Shown piece by piece: positions 1-7,378 of a stretch of 33,411 nt of DNA. The DNA is from a virus (taxonomy: Duplodnaviria; Caudoviricetes). The notes beneath the pieces are model-generated. The model searched no databases, had not been told where the DNA came from, and saw nothing but the letters and a program-made list of their open reading frames with translations. The DNA lies in the IMG/VR virus record IMGVR_UViG_3300037851_000560, positions 1-33,411 of that record; one strand, given 5' to 3'. The position numbers were made by a program, and so were the translations under genes. How positions within the stretch are numbered: position 1 is the first letter of the stretch; each line of letters starts with the position of its first letter.

Positions 1-630
1 GAGCCATGTCGTCTTGGGGGAAGGGGAAGGGGTAGGGGTAGGGGAAGGGGTAGGGGAAGGTATAGGGGAAGGAGAAGGAGAAGGAGAAGGAGAAGGGGAT
101 GGAGGGGGGGTTAGACCCCCGTCTAGGGGGGGTTTTGTCCGCGGCCTCCCGCCGAGCACACCGAACGGACCACCGAGGAAGCCGAACTGCTTGCCGAGGT
201 GCCCGCTCTTGCGACCGACATCGGCGATGTGATCGCGGCGCTCGTGGATCGTCGCTAACTCTCTCAGCACGCGGTCGTTGTGCAGCACGATCTCGTCGAG
301 CGGAATCGGCCTGCCAGACGGCTCAGCGACGAACGGCGGGGCCAGCGGCGTGCCGTCTCTGGTCTCGGCGATGAGGCTCCCGAGCGAGCAGCACGCCTCG
401 ACGCAGCGCAGCACCTCGGCCTCGCTGAAGGCTAACAGGTCGACGAGCGCATCAGCGACGATAACCCCCCCCTGCATGTAGAGCACATCGAGGGCCTCGC
501 GGTAGAAGACGCGCAGCGCGAGGTCGTTGGAGCGGATCGCGCGAGCGCGCGTGCGGCTCCCGAGGAAGTCTGCCGGTGCCCACGGGATTATGTGGACTGG
601 AGCGGACGACTGCCGTGGTATCTTGCTCAT
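1..630 (-). CDS. Phage replication initiator-like protein (DUF1376/YdaU-like), runs off the window edge
   Basis: Not in the ORF track; translated by hand from ATG at 630 (GGAGG RBS upstream): MSKIPRQSSAPVHIIPWAPADFLGS...VLHNDRVLRELATIHERR...LGGRPRTK...PSPSPSPSP. The PWxPxDFL, HNxRxxRE, GGRP and PS-linker pattern is typical of this family. Located downstream of recT. Confidence 0.65.
   Translation of the reverse strand, partial: MSKIPRQSSAPVHIIPWAPADFLGSRTRARAIRSNDLALRVFYREALDVLYMQGGVIVADALVDLLAFSEAEVLRCVEACCSLGSLIAETRDGTPLAPPFVAEPSGRPIPLDEIVLHNDRVLRELATIHERRDHIADVGRKSGHLGKQFGFLGGPFGVLGGRPRTKPPLDGGLTPPPSPSPSPSPSPSPIPSPTPSPTPTPSPSPKTTWL
14..104 (-). repeat. Hexamer low-complexity repeat encoding a (Pro-Ser/Thr)n linker
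   Basis: GAAGGA/GAAGGG/GTAGGG units on + read CCT-TCT/TCC/ACC on -, in frame with the initiator gene. Confidence 0.85.
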
Positions 631-654
631 GCCGCCGGCACCTCCATGCCGGAT

Positions 655-722
655 TGGCGCGCCCGCAAGCAGCCGGCCCCCGAGCAGCCCATCTGCCGGG
701 GGCCGGCGTCTTGTGCGCGCCA
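655..722 (-). promoter_or_regulatory. Long intergenic stem-loop between recT and the initiator gene
   Basis: TGGCGCGC (655-662) pairs with GCGCGCCA (715-722); GCCGGCCCCCG (672-682) pairs with CGGGGGCCGGC (697-707). No U-tail. Confidence 0.55.
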
Positions 723-730
723 GCGGGATG

Positions 731-1636
731 CTACTTCGTGTCGTCCTTCGACTCGACGACCGCACCGGCCGTGAACGACGCGAGCGACAGCCCGGCCGCG
801 GCCGGCGAGCCGCCGTCGATCGCCTGCTGTACCTCGGTGGGCAGCATGAGTTCCTGCCCGACGCCAGCCTCCGCGAGTTCGTCGAGCGCGATCGCCTGCT
901 GCAACGACGGGCGCTCGACCGCGCGCGGGGCGAGCTTGGCGGCCTTGCGGATGACCGTCTTGAGTGCCATCGCGTCGAAGTTCGACGCCCACACGCTGTC
1001 GGCTCCCTCGCGGCCGTACTTCTCGCGGTGCTGCTGCACCTCGCTCACCCACATGAAGGCGCGGCGGCGACCGCCGTTCTTCATCTCGATGATCGCGTAG
1101 TAGGCGACGGCCGGCCCCGGGTCGAGCGCCTCCTTCTCGGCGGCCGTGAGCTTCGCGCCCTCGACGACCTTCGCCAGCAACTCGACGGGCGGGACGTAGG
1201 GGACGTGCTTGATCGCCTCGGTGTCGCCGCGCGTGAACTCGATCGTGTCCTTCGCGTGGACGACGACCTCGGAGAGCGAGGCGATCTGCTCGCTCTCCCA
1301 CATGAGCTTGACGAGCCCCTTGTAGCCGACGACCAGCGTGGCCTCGACCGTGCCCTTGCGGCGGTTGTTGAACGGCAGGATGAACGCCTCGCCGAGGTGC
1401 CCGCCGATCTCCAGCCCGATCTGAGCCGCCGTGAAGACGGCCCCGAGGAAGGACTGCGGGTTGCACTCCAGCAGCTTCGGGTTGCGGCGGATCTCCGTCA
1501 GCACGACGCGCGAGAAGCGGTCCGCGTCCATCGAGCGCGGCAGCGCCGCGCGCAGCTGCGGCTTCAGCTTCTCCAGCGTCGCGATCATCTTCTCGTCCGG
1601 CTTCACCAGCGCCTTCTCCGTCTTCGTCTCGCTCAT
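731..1636 (-). CDS. recT: RecT-family ssDNA annealing recombinase
   Basis: Motifs LRAALPRSMDADRFSRVVLTEIRRNPKLLECNPQSFLGAV, GLE..GHLGEAFILPF, VGYKGL and W..NFDAMALKTVIR; AAGGAG RBS. Confidence 0.95.
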   Translation of the reverse strand: MSETKTEKALVKPDEKMIATLEKLKPQLRAALPRSMDADRFSRVVLTEIRRNPKLLECNPQSFLGAVFTAAQIGLEIGGHLGEAFILPFNNRRKGTVEATLVVGYKGLVKLMWESEQIASLSEVVVHAKDTIEFTRGDTEAIKHVPYVPPVELLAKVVEGAKLTAAEKEALDPGPAVAYYAIIEMKNGGRRRAFMWVSEVQQHREKYGREGADSVWASNFDAMALKTVIRKAAKLAPRAVERPSLQQAIALDELAEAGVGQELMLPTEVQQAIDGGSPAAAGLSLASFTAGAVVESKDDTK

Positions 1637-1675
1637 GTCTCTCCTTCGCGCCTCATCGGCGCATCCTCTCCCGTG

Positions 1676-2164
1676 TTATGCGTTCGCCGGCAGCGCGACC
1701 GCAGAGCGAAGCGTCTTGAGCCTTCGCCCAAACGCGCGAAGCTCGTCGGCGTAGCCGAACGCCTGCGCGAGCCGCTCGACGCGCGCGACGTGTCCCTCCA
1801 GCTGCCCGATCTCGTACAGCAGGAGGTCGCGCTGCTCGCGCTCCGACAGTTTGTGCGTCAGCCTGAACCCGGGAACCTGCGGCGGTAGGCTCGTGTCGCG
1901 CACGGCGAGCGGGACGAGCACCGTAGTCTCCCCGCGCTTGAACTCGACGCTCACCTCGTCGATGAGTTGCCGCGCCTGCTGGACACGAAAGGAGTGTCCG
2001 GCCACCGCGTCGTCCCACTCGAAGTATTCGTGCGCCGGATGCTCCGGGTTCGCAGCGCGAAGGACGATCTGCTCGGCCTTCGCGCGCCCGTCCACGTCTG
2101 CGACCTCCATGTAGGTGGCGACCTTCACCTCGTGGGTGATCCGCCGCCGCTGCTTCTTTTCCAT
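1676..2164 (-). CDS. Conserved phage protein (HxYFEWDDxxA motif); candidate accessory of the RAMP-array module
   Basis: Start reassigned to ATG 2164 (MEKKQRRR) after GAAAGGAG. Contains AANPEHPAHEYFEWDDAVAGHSFRVQQARQLI. Its RBS abuts the last array unit. Confidence 0.8.
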   Translation of the reverse strand: MEKKQRRRITHEVKVATYMEVADVDGRAKAEQIVLRAANPEHPAHEYFEWDDAVAGHSFRVQQARQLIDEVSVEFKRGETTVLVPLAVRDTSLPPQVPGFRLTHKLSEREQRDLLLYEIGQLEGHVARVERLAQAFGYADELRAFGRRLKTLRSAVALPANA

Positions 2165-2180
2165 CGACGACTCCTTTCTC

Positions 2181-2811
2181 TTGACCGCCGTGCCTTGACC
2201 CGCCCGGCCGCGCCTCTCCAGACCTTGACCGCCCCGCCGCGCCATGACTGGCCCCGATCAGGCTGCGCCCCGCCTCTCCAAACCTTGACCGCCCCGCCGC
2301 GCCTCGCGCCTGACCCGCCAGACCTTGACACATCAAGCCTCGACCGCCCCGCCGCGCCTCGACACGCCTGACCCGGACCAGACTCGCCCGGACCGCCTTG
2401 CCCGGCCTAAGCCCGCCTGACCCGGACCAAGACTCGCCCGGACCGCCTCACCCGGACTCGTCGCGCCTTCCCGATCCAAACCGCGACTCGCCTCGACCGG
2501 CATGCCTCACCCGGACTCGACACGCCGTGCCCGGCCCCGCCTGACCCTGCCCTGCCCTGACCGCCTCGCCATGACACGTCTCGCCCAGCGATCGATCCCC
2601 AGCGCAGCGACGACCGCCAGGCCCTGCCCGACCACCGACAAAGCACGCCATGGCACTCCTAGCCTAGACCGCCGCGCCGGGCCGGAACGCGACTCGCCTT
2701 ACCGCGACCCGCCAAGCCTCGACCGCCGCGACCCGCCATGACCGCCAAGCCCTGCCAGACCGAGACGCAGCGAGCCATGGCGCTCCTAGCCGTCCTCGAC
2801 CGCCTTGACCC
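2181..2811 (-). ncRNA. Non-coding array of NN-GGY pentamers delimited by GGCGGTC; putative guide-RNA array (VIPR vrRNA-like)
   Basis: + strand GACCGCC at 2183, 2227, 2287, 2342, 2391, 2441, 2495 (variant), 2559, 2612, 2667, 2721, 2740 and 2798. Spacings are 44,60,55,49,50,54,64,53,55,54,19,58, i.e. 5n+4 within 1 nt. The sequence between motifs has 5-nt periodicity. Confidence 0.75.
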
Positions 2812-3585
2812 TTACGCCGCCTTGTCGTTGAAGCCGCGACGCTGCTTCTCGTCGGCGAAGTAGCGCAACAGCTCGGCCGTCGGCGCGAGCCCGTCCCACG
2901 GCTCGGGCTCGCGCATCGCGACCTCCTGCGCCTTGCGGCCGAACTTCTGGAGCGCGACGAACTCTGGATCCTTCGGCGAGACGATCTTGAACTGGCCGAA
3001 CGACCCCTTACCCTTCTGCGGGCGGAAGTCGCCGACGCCGCGCAAGCGGCCGGCACCGACGAGGAGGTTCGCGAGCGTCGTCTCCTTCAGCATGTTGGTC
3101 GCGTAGCGGATCGTGAAGCGCGACGCCCACTGAAGGCACACCGCGCGCGTGCGCACGTCCGGCGTCCGCGCCATGTCCTGCAAGCGCACGCCGGCGCAGC
3201 AGATCAGCGGCACGCCCCACACCGGGACGATGTAGCCCTCGACCCACGTCAGGCGCGCGATCTGCGCCTTCCGCGCGTCGCCCGGCATGTCGAGCGCCAC
3301 GTCGGACAGCGCGCTCTTGAATGCCGGCGCGGGCAGCGCGAGCAGTGTCTGGCTCTTGGGGTCGTCGAACTGGTAGATCGACGAGCGAAACTCCTCGAAG
3401 GGGTCGTGCTTCAGCGTCGACTCCTTCTCGGCCTTGTTCTTCTTCGGCTTCGGCGCGAGCAGGTCGCGCAGCGCCTTGGCCGACATCGAGTTGAACAGCA
3501 GCGGCGACGTGCCGACCACGCACACGTCAGCCGATCCCTCCTCCAGCTTCACGACCTTGATCTCGGTCGACTTCTCGTTCTTCAT
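2812..3585 (-). CDS. Stand-alone Cas7/RAMP-like protein (Vipr-like)
   Basis: RAMP signatures: first strand VCVVGTSPLLFN, LALPAPAFKSAL (compare IPGSSLKGALR), and C-terminal Gly-loop GAGRLRGVGDFRPQKGKGSFGQFKIV. Its stop codon is immediately followed by the array. Confidence 0.75.
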   Translation of the reverse strand: MKNEKSTEIKVVKLEEGSADVCVVGTSPLLFNSMSAKALRDLLAPKPKKNKAEKESTLKHDPFEEFRSSIYQFDDPKSQTLLALPAPAFKSALSDVALDMPGDARKAQIARLTWVEGYIVPVWGVPLICCAGVRLQDMARTPDVRTRAVCLQWASRFTIRYATNMLKETTLANLLVGAGRLRGVGDFRPQKGKGSFGQFKIVSPKDPEFVALQKFGRKAQEVAMREPEPWDGLAPTAELLRYFADEKQRRGFNDKAA

Positions 3586-3613
3586 CGTTCCTCTCCCTCT
3601 CCCTTTGCGGCGT

Positions 3614-4504
3614 CTATCGCTTGCGCCCGAGCGCGAACTTGCACTCGGTCCAGTACTCGCAGAACTTCTCGCTGCACCACCACGCGTCCGGGTTCGCGGG
3701 CACGAACGCGCCGGCCTCGACCATGCGGATGCTCGCGTCGATCCTCGCGGCGACTGCGTTGAGATCCTCGAGCGAGCGCGTCCCCGTCTGCGTCACCGTC
3801 ACGACGCCCTGCCGCGAGTTGACGAGCGTCGTCAGGCGCACGCGGTCGGGCGGCTTCCCCGTCTGCGCCGCGCGCAGCAGGGAGTACATCGTCAACTGCT
3901 GATTGGAGCCGATCGCGTCCTCGCGGGGGCGCTTGTCGCTCGTCTTGAGGTCGTGGACGACCTCGATGGTGACGCCCCTCACGCGGCGCTCGGGCTCCTC
4001 GGCGAACGGGTCGAGGGCCGGCGCGGGCTCCTCGCCGACAAGGTCGATGATTCCGAGGATCTCGACGTCGAGCCCGGCGGGCTTGATCGTCAGCGAGCGC
4101 TCGACCGCCAGCGGGTCGACGCCGCGCGCGACCTTGCCGACGTAGTAGCCCGCCATCCTCACCGCGGTGTCCTTCTCCTCGCCGGCCACCTTCTCGACGC
4201 CGATCTCCTTCTCGGCGTCGCTCCACGCGACGCCGTACTCCTTGACCGAGTGGTCGAACTCGGTCGCAGCCACGTCCTTCGCCTCCTCGTCCGACAGCAC
4301 GGCGTCGATGTAGACCTCGCGCGGGTCGCCGCGCTCCTTGCCGGCCAGCTGCCGCACGTGCGACTTGCCGGCGACCTTGTGGACGGCGATGCCGCGCTTG
4401 GCGCGGATGCTGCTCGGCCGGAAGTCCCGCTCGATGTACTTGCGGCGGAAGCGCTCGCCGCACTGCTGCGCGGTGTACAGCATCGAGTTCGACCAGCGCC
4501 TCAT
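3614..4504 (-). CDS. PD-(D/E)XK exonuclease, Cas4/AddB/RecB-like, probable 4Fe-4S cluster
   Basis: Start at ATG 4504 after GGAGG. Motifs SNSML..C, GIAVH, ILGIIDL, VHDLKTS, QLTMY and C-terminal WCSEKFCEYWTEC (1+3 Cys arrangement). Confidence 0.85.
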   Translation of the reverse strand: MRRWSNSMLYTAQQCGERFRRKYIERDFRPSSIRAKRGIAVHKVAGKSHVRQLAGKERGDPREVYIDAVLSDEEAKDVAATEFDHSVKEYGVAWSDAEKEIGVEKVAGEEKDTAVRMAGYYVGKVARGVDPLAVERSLTIKPAGLDVEILGIIDLVGEEPAPALDPFAEEPERRVRGVTIEVVHDLKTSDKRPREDAIGSNQQLTMYSLLRAAQTGKPPDRVRLTTLVNSRQGVVTVTQTGTRSLEDLNAVAARIDASIRMVEAGAFVPANPDAWWCSEKFCEYWTECKFALGRKR

Positions 4505-4698
4505 GGTGCCTCCCATAGCGCCTCGGTGCTGCGGCGCTCGATCTCGTGGTAGTCGTCGTCGGTGATTGCGGTGGCGCAGGGCGCGCCGACGTTGAGCATC
4601 GTCGTCAGCGCGATGCGCCGCGCCTCCTCGATGGTGTCGGCGAACGCGACCGTCACCGGCGGATAGCGGCCCTCTTCGAGCCGCACGCGCAGTCTCAT
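4501..4698 (-). CDS. Hypothetical protein (65 aa)
   Basis: MRLRVRLEEG...; ATGA overlaps with both neighbours. Confidence 0.6.
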   Translation of the reverse strand: MRLRVRLEEGRYPPVTVAFADTIEEARRIALTTMLNVGAPCATAITDDDYHEIERRSTEALWEAP

Positions 4699-4913
4699 GG
4701 GCAGTCCTCCCCGTCGATAATCCGGCAGCTCTCCCAATCAATGTCGGCCGGATCGCAGCCGGCATCGCGGACGATCCTCTCAGCGAACCCACGCACGTCT
4801 TCTCCGTAGGGGTGCGCGAACATGAAGCACTCCGCGCCGTCGTCCATCTGGATGACGTGCCCGCAGCAGCCAGTCTCGCAGCCATACGCGGTGTGATAGA
4901 CGACGACTCTCAT
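4695..4913 (-). CDS. Hypothetical Cys-rich protein (72 aa)
   Basis: MRVVVYHTAYGCETGCCGH...; ATGA coupling. Confidence 0.65.
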   Translation of the reverse strand: MRVVVYHTAYGCETGCCGHVIQMDDGAECFMFAHPYGEDVRGFAERIVRDAGCDPADIDWESCRIIDGEDCP

Positions 4914-5176
4914 GCCCTTGCTCCGGGCGCGCACTCGGGGCCGTAGGTCACCTTCCCGTTGCGCCCGAGAAGCACGCGCTGCACCGTGAAGTCGCCGCTC
5001 ATCGGAAGCGCGGCGAGGTCGCCGCAGTAGAGCGAGCAGACGAGCCCTGACTCCTTGAGCCGGATGAGCCAGCAGGGGCGGTCGGTGCCGTCGAACAGCC
5101 GGCGCAGGAACCACCTCTCGATCGCGTCCAGCGGCGGCGGCTTGTGCGGGTTGACGGGGCGGCAGTCGGGCGGCAT
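4910..5176 (-). CDS. Hypothetical protein (88 aa)
   Basis: MPPDCRPVNP...; TGATG coupling to the HTH gene. Confidence 0.55.
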   Translation of the reverse strand: MPPDCRPVNPHKPPPLDAIERWFLRRLFDGTDRPCWLIRLKESGLVCSLYCGDLAALPMSGDFTVQRVLLGRNGKVTYGPECAPGARA

Positions 5177-5424
5177 CAGCGCAGCTTCACAGTGCGCTTC
5201 AGCAGCCCGTCGCGCTCTTTGCTCGGAACGCGCTGCGAGAGCAGAACGGCGAGCCCGTCCACGCGGTGCGCCGGCATGGCCCGCAAGCCCGTCTCCCACA
5301 GGCAGATCGTCGTTGGGTTGACCCCAAGGCGCGCCGCCATCTGTTCCTGCGTGAGCCTGAAGAAACTTCGGACGCGGCGAAGCAGCGCCCCGCGTTCCGT
5401 CTGTGGCTTCTTGAGCTTCGGCAT
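5176..5424 (-). CDS. XRE/Cro-like helix-turn-helix regulator
   Basis: LRRVRSFFRLTQEQMAARLGVNPTTICLWETG matches the HTH_3 pattern; GGAGGAG RBS. Confidence 0.85.
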   Translation of the reverse strand: MPKLKKPQTERGALLRRVRSFFRLTQEQMAARLGVNPTTICLWETGLRAMPAHRVDGLAVLLSQRVPSKERDGLLKRTVKLR

Positions 5425-5443
5425 CTCTCTCTCCTCCCAAACG

Positions 5444-5492
5444 AAAAAAGGGGAGTGAGGCGAGCCGCAGTTGGCTCGCCTCCGCTCCCCTT
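5444..5492 (-). terminator. Rho-independent terminator
   Basis: On -: AAGGGGAGCGGAGGCGAGCC-loop-GGCTCGCCTCACTCCCC followed by TTTTTT, just after the stop at 5501. Confidence 0.8.
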
Positions 5493-5500
5493 GTCAGGTT

Positions 5501-6496
5501 CTACTTCAGCACGACCCGGCGCTGCTGTTCGGTCACCAGCGGCTCGATGATCTCGCGCAGCGAGTCCATCTCGGCGCGCACGCGCTCTGCGGCGCGCTTC
5601 TCCGTGCGCAGCACCTCGGCGTCCACGCCGTTGAGCACGGCGAGCGCCTTGTCGGTGAGCGCCGCGAGTTCCTCGTCGCCTGTGATGTCCTGCAGGCGGT
5701 AGGTCCGCAGGAAGTCGGTCATCTTGTCGAGCGACGCCTGCCGCAGCGTCCTGCGCCGGCCGTCCTCGCCCGGCTTGAGCACGTCGGCCAGCGTGGCCAC
5801 GAACTGCTGGAGCGTCTCGCGGTAGGTCAGGCGGATCGCGTCGAAGTACGCGGCCCACGCCGAGCGCGCCTTCGCGCGCTCGGCCTCGAAGAGCGCGGGG
5901 TTCAGCTTGCGCAGCCGCGTCGGCACGTCGAACTGGAGCCAGCAGTAGCGCGGCATGACCGCCTCGCGGATGCTCGCGAGCGTCGGATAGTCCCGCGGGT
6001 CGAACAGGCCGAGCGGCGTCAGGCGGGCGCGCTCCTCTTCGATGATCGCGTCCCAGCGCGCCTCCAGCGAGTCGAGCAGCGCCGCAATCGCCTCTGACGC
6101 CCGCTTGATCTCGCTCTCGACCCACTCGATGCGGGCAGCGCTGAAGAGGTGCATCCCCCCCTTGAGGAAGGCCTTCGGCTGCGCCGTTCGCCGGATGAGT
6201 GCTCGCGTGGCGATGATCTGCTGGACGATCTGCTGGACCTCGGCGACCTTCAGCAGGTCTTTCGAGATGCGGATCTCGTCGGCCCCGTCGGCCGCGGCCT
6301 CGACCATCTCCTCGGCTGTCTCTGGCGCGCGCTTCTCGCGTTCGCGCTCCTCCTCGATGAGCGCCCCGGCCACCTTCTCGACCTTCTCGCCGCGCACTCG
6401 CGCGTTGCGCTTGATCGAGCCGATGGTGAGGTTGAGCACGAACGAGTTCTCGGTGATCTGCTGCGCCTTCTCGTCGTCCGTCAGCGTCGTGGTCAT
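5501..6496 (-). CDS. DUF3150-like helical protein
   Basis: Start at ATG 6496 (MTTTLTDDEK). Motifs FVLNLTIG, ISKDLL and LGLFDPRDYPT; next to the AAA/DUF1257/DUF2997-like genes. Confidence 0.6.
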   Translation of the reverse strand: MTTTLTDDEKAQQITENSFVLNLTIGSIKRNARVRGEKVEKVAGALIEEEREREKRAPETAEEMVEAAADGADEIRISKDLLKVAEVQQIVQQIIATRALIRRTAQPKAFLKGGMHLFSAARIEWVESEIKRASEAIAALLDSLEARWDAIIEEERARLTPLGLFDPRDYPTLASIREAVMPRYCWLQFDVPTRLRKLNPALFEAERAKARSAWAAYFDAIRLTYRETLQQFVATLADVLKPGEDGRRRTLRQASLDKMTDFLRTYRLQDITGDEELAALTDKALAVLNGVDAEVLRTEKRAAERVRAEMDSLREIIEPLVTEQQRRVVLK

Positions 6497-6512
6497 GTCA
6501 GGTCCCCCTCTC

Positions 6513-6719
6513 TCAGTGCGAGTGCCCTTCGTGGGCGTGGTCGTGGACGTGCGCGTGAGCGTGGTCGGCGCGGCGGTGCACTTCGGTGTCGCCGGCCATG
6601 AGCCCTTCGACGCCCTTGACGAGCGCGTCGGCCGAGGCGTGGTTCGCGCCGCTGATGCGGTCGCTTGTGATGCGGACGGTGCCGTCATTCAGCACCCGGA
6701 ACGTGATCCTGTCTTCCAT
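6513..6719 (-). CDS. DUF2997-like small protein with His-rich tail
   Basis: ITFRVLNDGTVRITSDRISG pattern; C-terminus HAHAHVHDHAHEGHSH. Confidence 0.6.
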   Translation of the reverse strand: MEDRITFRVLNDGTVRITSDRISGANHASADALVKGVEGLMAGDTEVHRRADHAHAHVHDHAHEGHSH

Positions 6720-6901
6720 TCGGTCCCTCTCTTCTGGTCGGCGTCAGATTCGGCTGCGATGGCGTCTTCGGCGTCTGCGCAGTCTCCACAGACCCACAAT
6801 GGGCGAAAGCGGGAGTGCAAGAAGAATCGCCTCTTGCGCCTCCCGCACAGGACGCAGCGCGTCGGATCGCGCGGATCCGACCCGTTGAGCCGCGGCATCA
6901 T
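6689..6901 (-). CDS. Small zinc-finger protein
   Basis: CVLC...CGDC; ATGA-coupled start. Confidence 0.5.
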   Translation of the reverse strand: MMPRLNGSDPRDPTRCVLCGRRKRRFFLHSRFRPLWVCGDCADAEDAIAAESDADQKRGTEWKTGSRSGC

Positions 6902-7047
6902 CGACGCTGCTCGCGGCGCAGGCGCTCGACGATGCGGCGCTCCTCTTCGCGCTCGATGCGCGCCATGAAGTGGCCGACGAGCACGCCGACCACGGTTGCT
7001 ACGACGACCCATGCGGCGCAGTAGCCCAGCACGCTCCAGAGGCTCAT
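6898..7047 (-). CDS. Small membrane protein (49 aa)
   Basis: MSLWSVLGYCAAWVVVATVVGVLVGHFM hydrophobic stretch followed by a charged tail; ATGA coupling. Confidence 0.6.
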   Translation of the reverse strand: MSLWSVLGYCAAWVVVATVVGVLVGHFMARIEREEERRIVERLRREQRR

Positions 7048-7367
7048 GCGAACCTCCTGCGCGTGGCCTCGATGTCGCCGTCGGCCTTGAAGCGAAGCTG
7101 CCAGCCCTGCCGCTTCGCCGTCTCGATGATCGACTGCTTGGCGTAAGCCTTCGCCAGCGCGCTCGTCTCCGCGCTCGTGTCGATGTTGCCGTAGAGGGTC
7201 AGCTTGCCGGCCGCCCACTCGCCGCGCAGGCTGTCGCGGCTCACGCCGATCGTCCCGGCGCGCGTCACCACGGCGTGGTAGCCGAGCGAGCGCAGCGCCT
7301 CGGCCATCGTCTCGACGTTCGCGGCCGGGGCCTTGAGCGTCGTGATCCTCACCTGATCGCACGGCAT
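7044..7367 (-). CDS. DUF1257/Ycf35-like protein
   Basis: Motifs MAEALRSLGY and LAKAYAKQSIIETAKRQGW; downstream of the Ycf46-like ATPase; GGAGG RBS. Confidence 0.6.
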   Translation of the reverse strand: MPCDQVRITTLKAPAANVETMAEALRSLGYHAVVTRAGTIGVSRDSLRGEWAAGKLTLYGNIDTSAETSALAKAYAKQSIIETAKRQGWQLRFKADGDIEATRRRFA

Positions 7368-7378
7368 CTCACACCTCC

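Noticed and set aside
14-232. Plus-strand (GE)n repeat ORF
   Set aside because: It is the antisense of the Pro-Ser linker in the minus-strand initiator gene.
2181-2811. Canonical CRISPR array
   Set aside because: There is no 23-47 bp conserved direct repeat with unique spacers. The constant part is a 7-mer, and the intervening sequence is itself periodic.
2125-3056. ORFs called across the array (e.g. 2125-2331, 2407-2646, 2448-2651, 2502-2741, 2664-3056, and the 2245 upstream start)
   Set aside because: They are low-complexity R/G/A/P translations of a 5-nt periodic repeat with no RBS. The real downstream start is 2164.
3614-4885. 423-aa version of the nuclease
   Set aside because: The N-terminal extension overlaps two coupled small genes; the RBS and domain boundary support a start at 4504.
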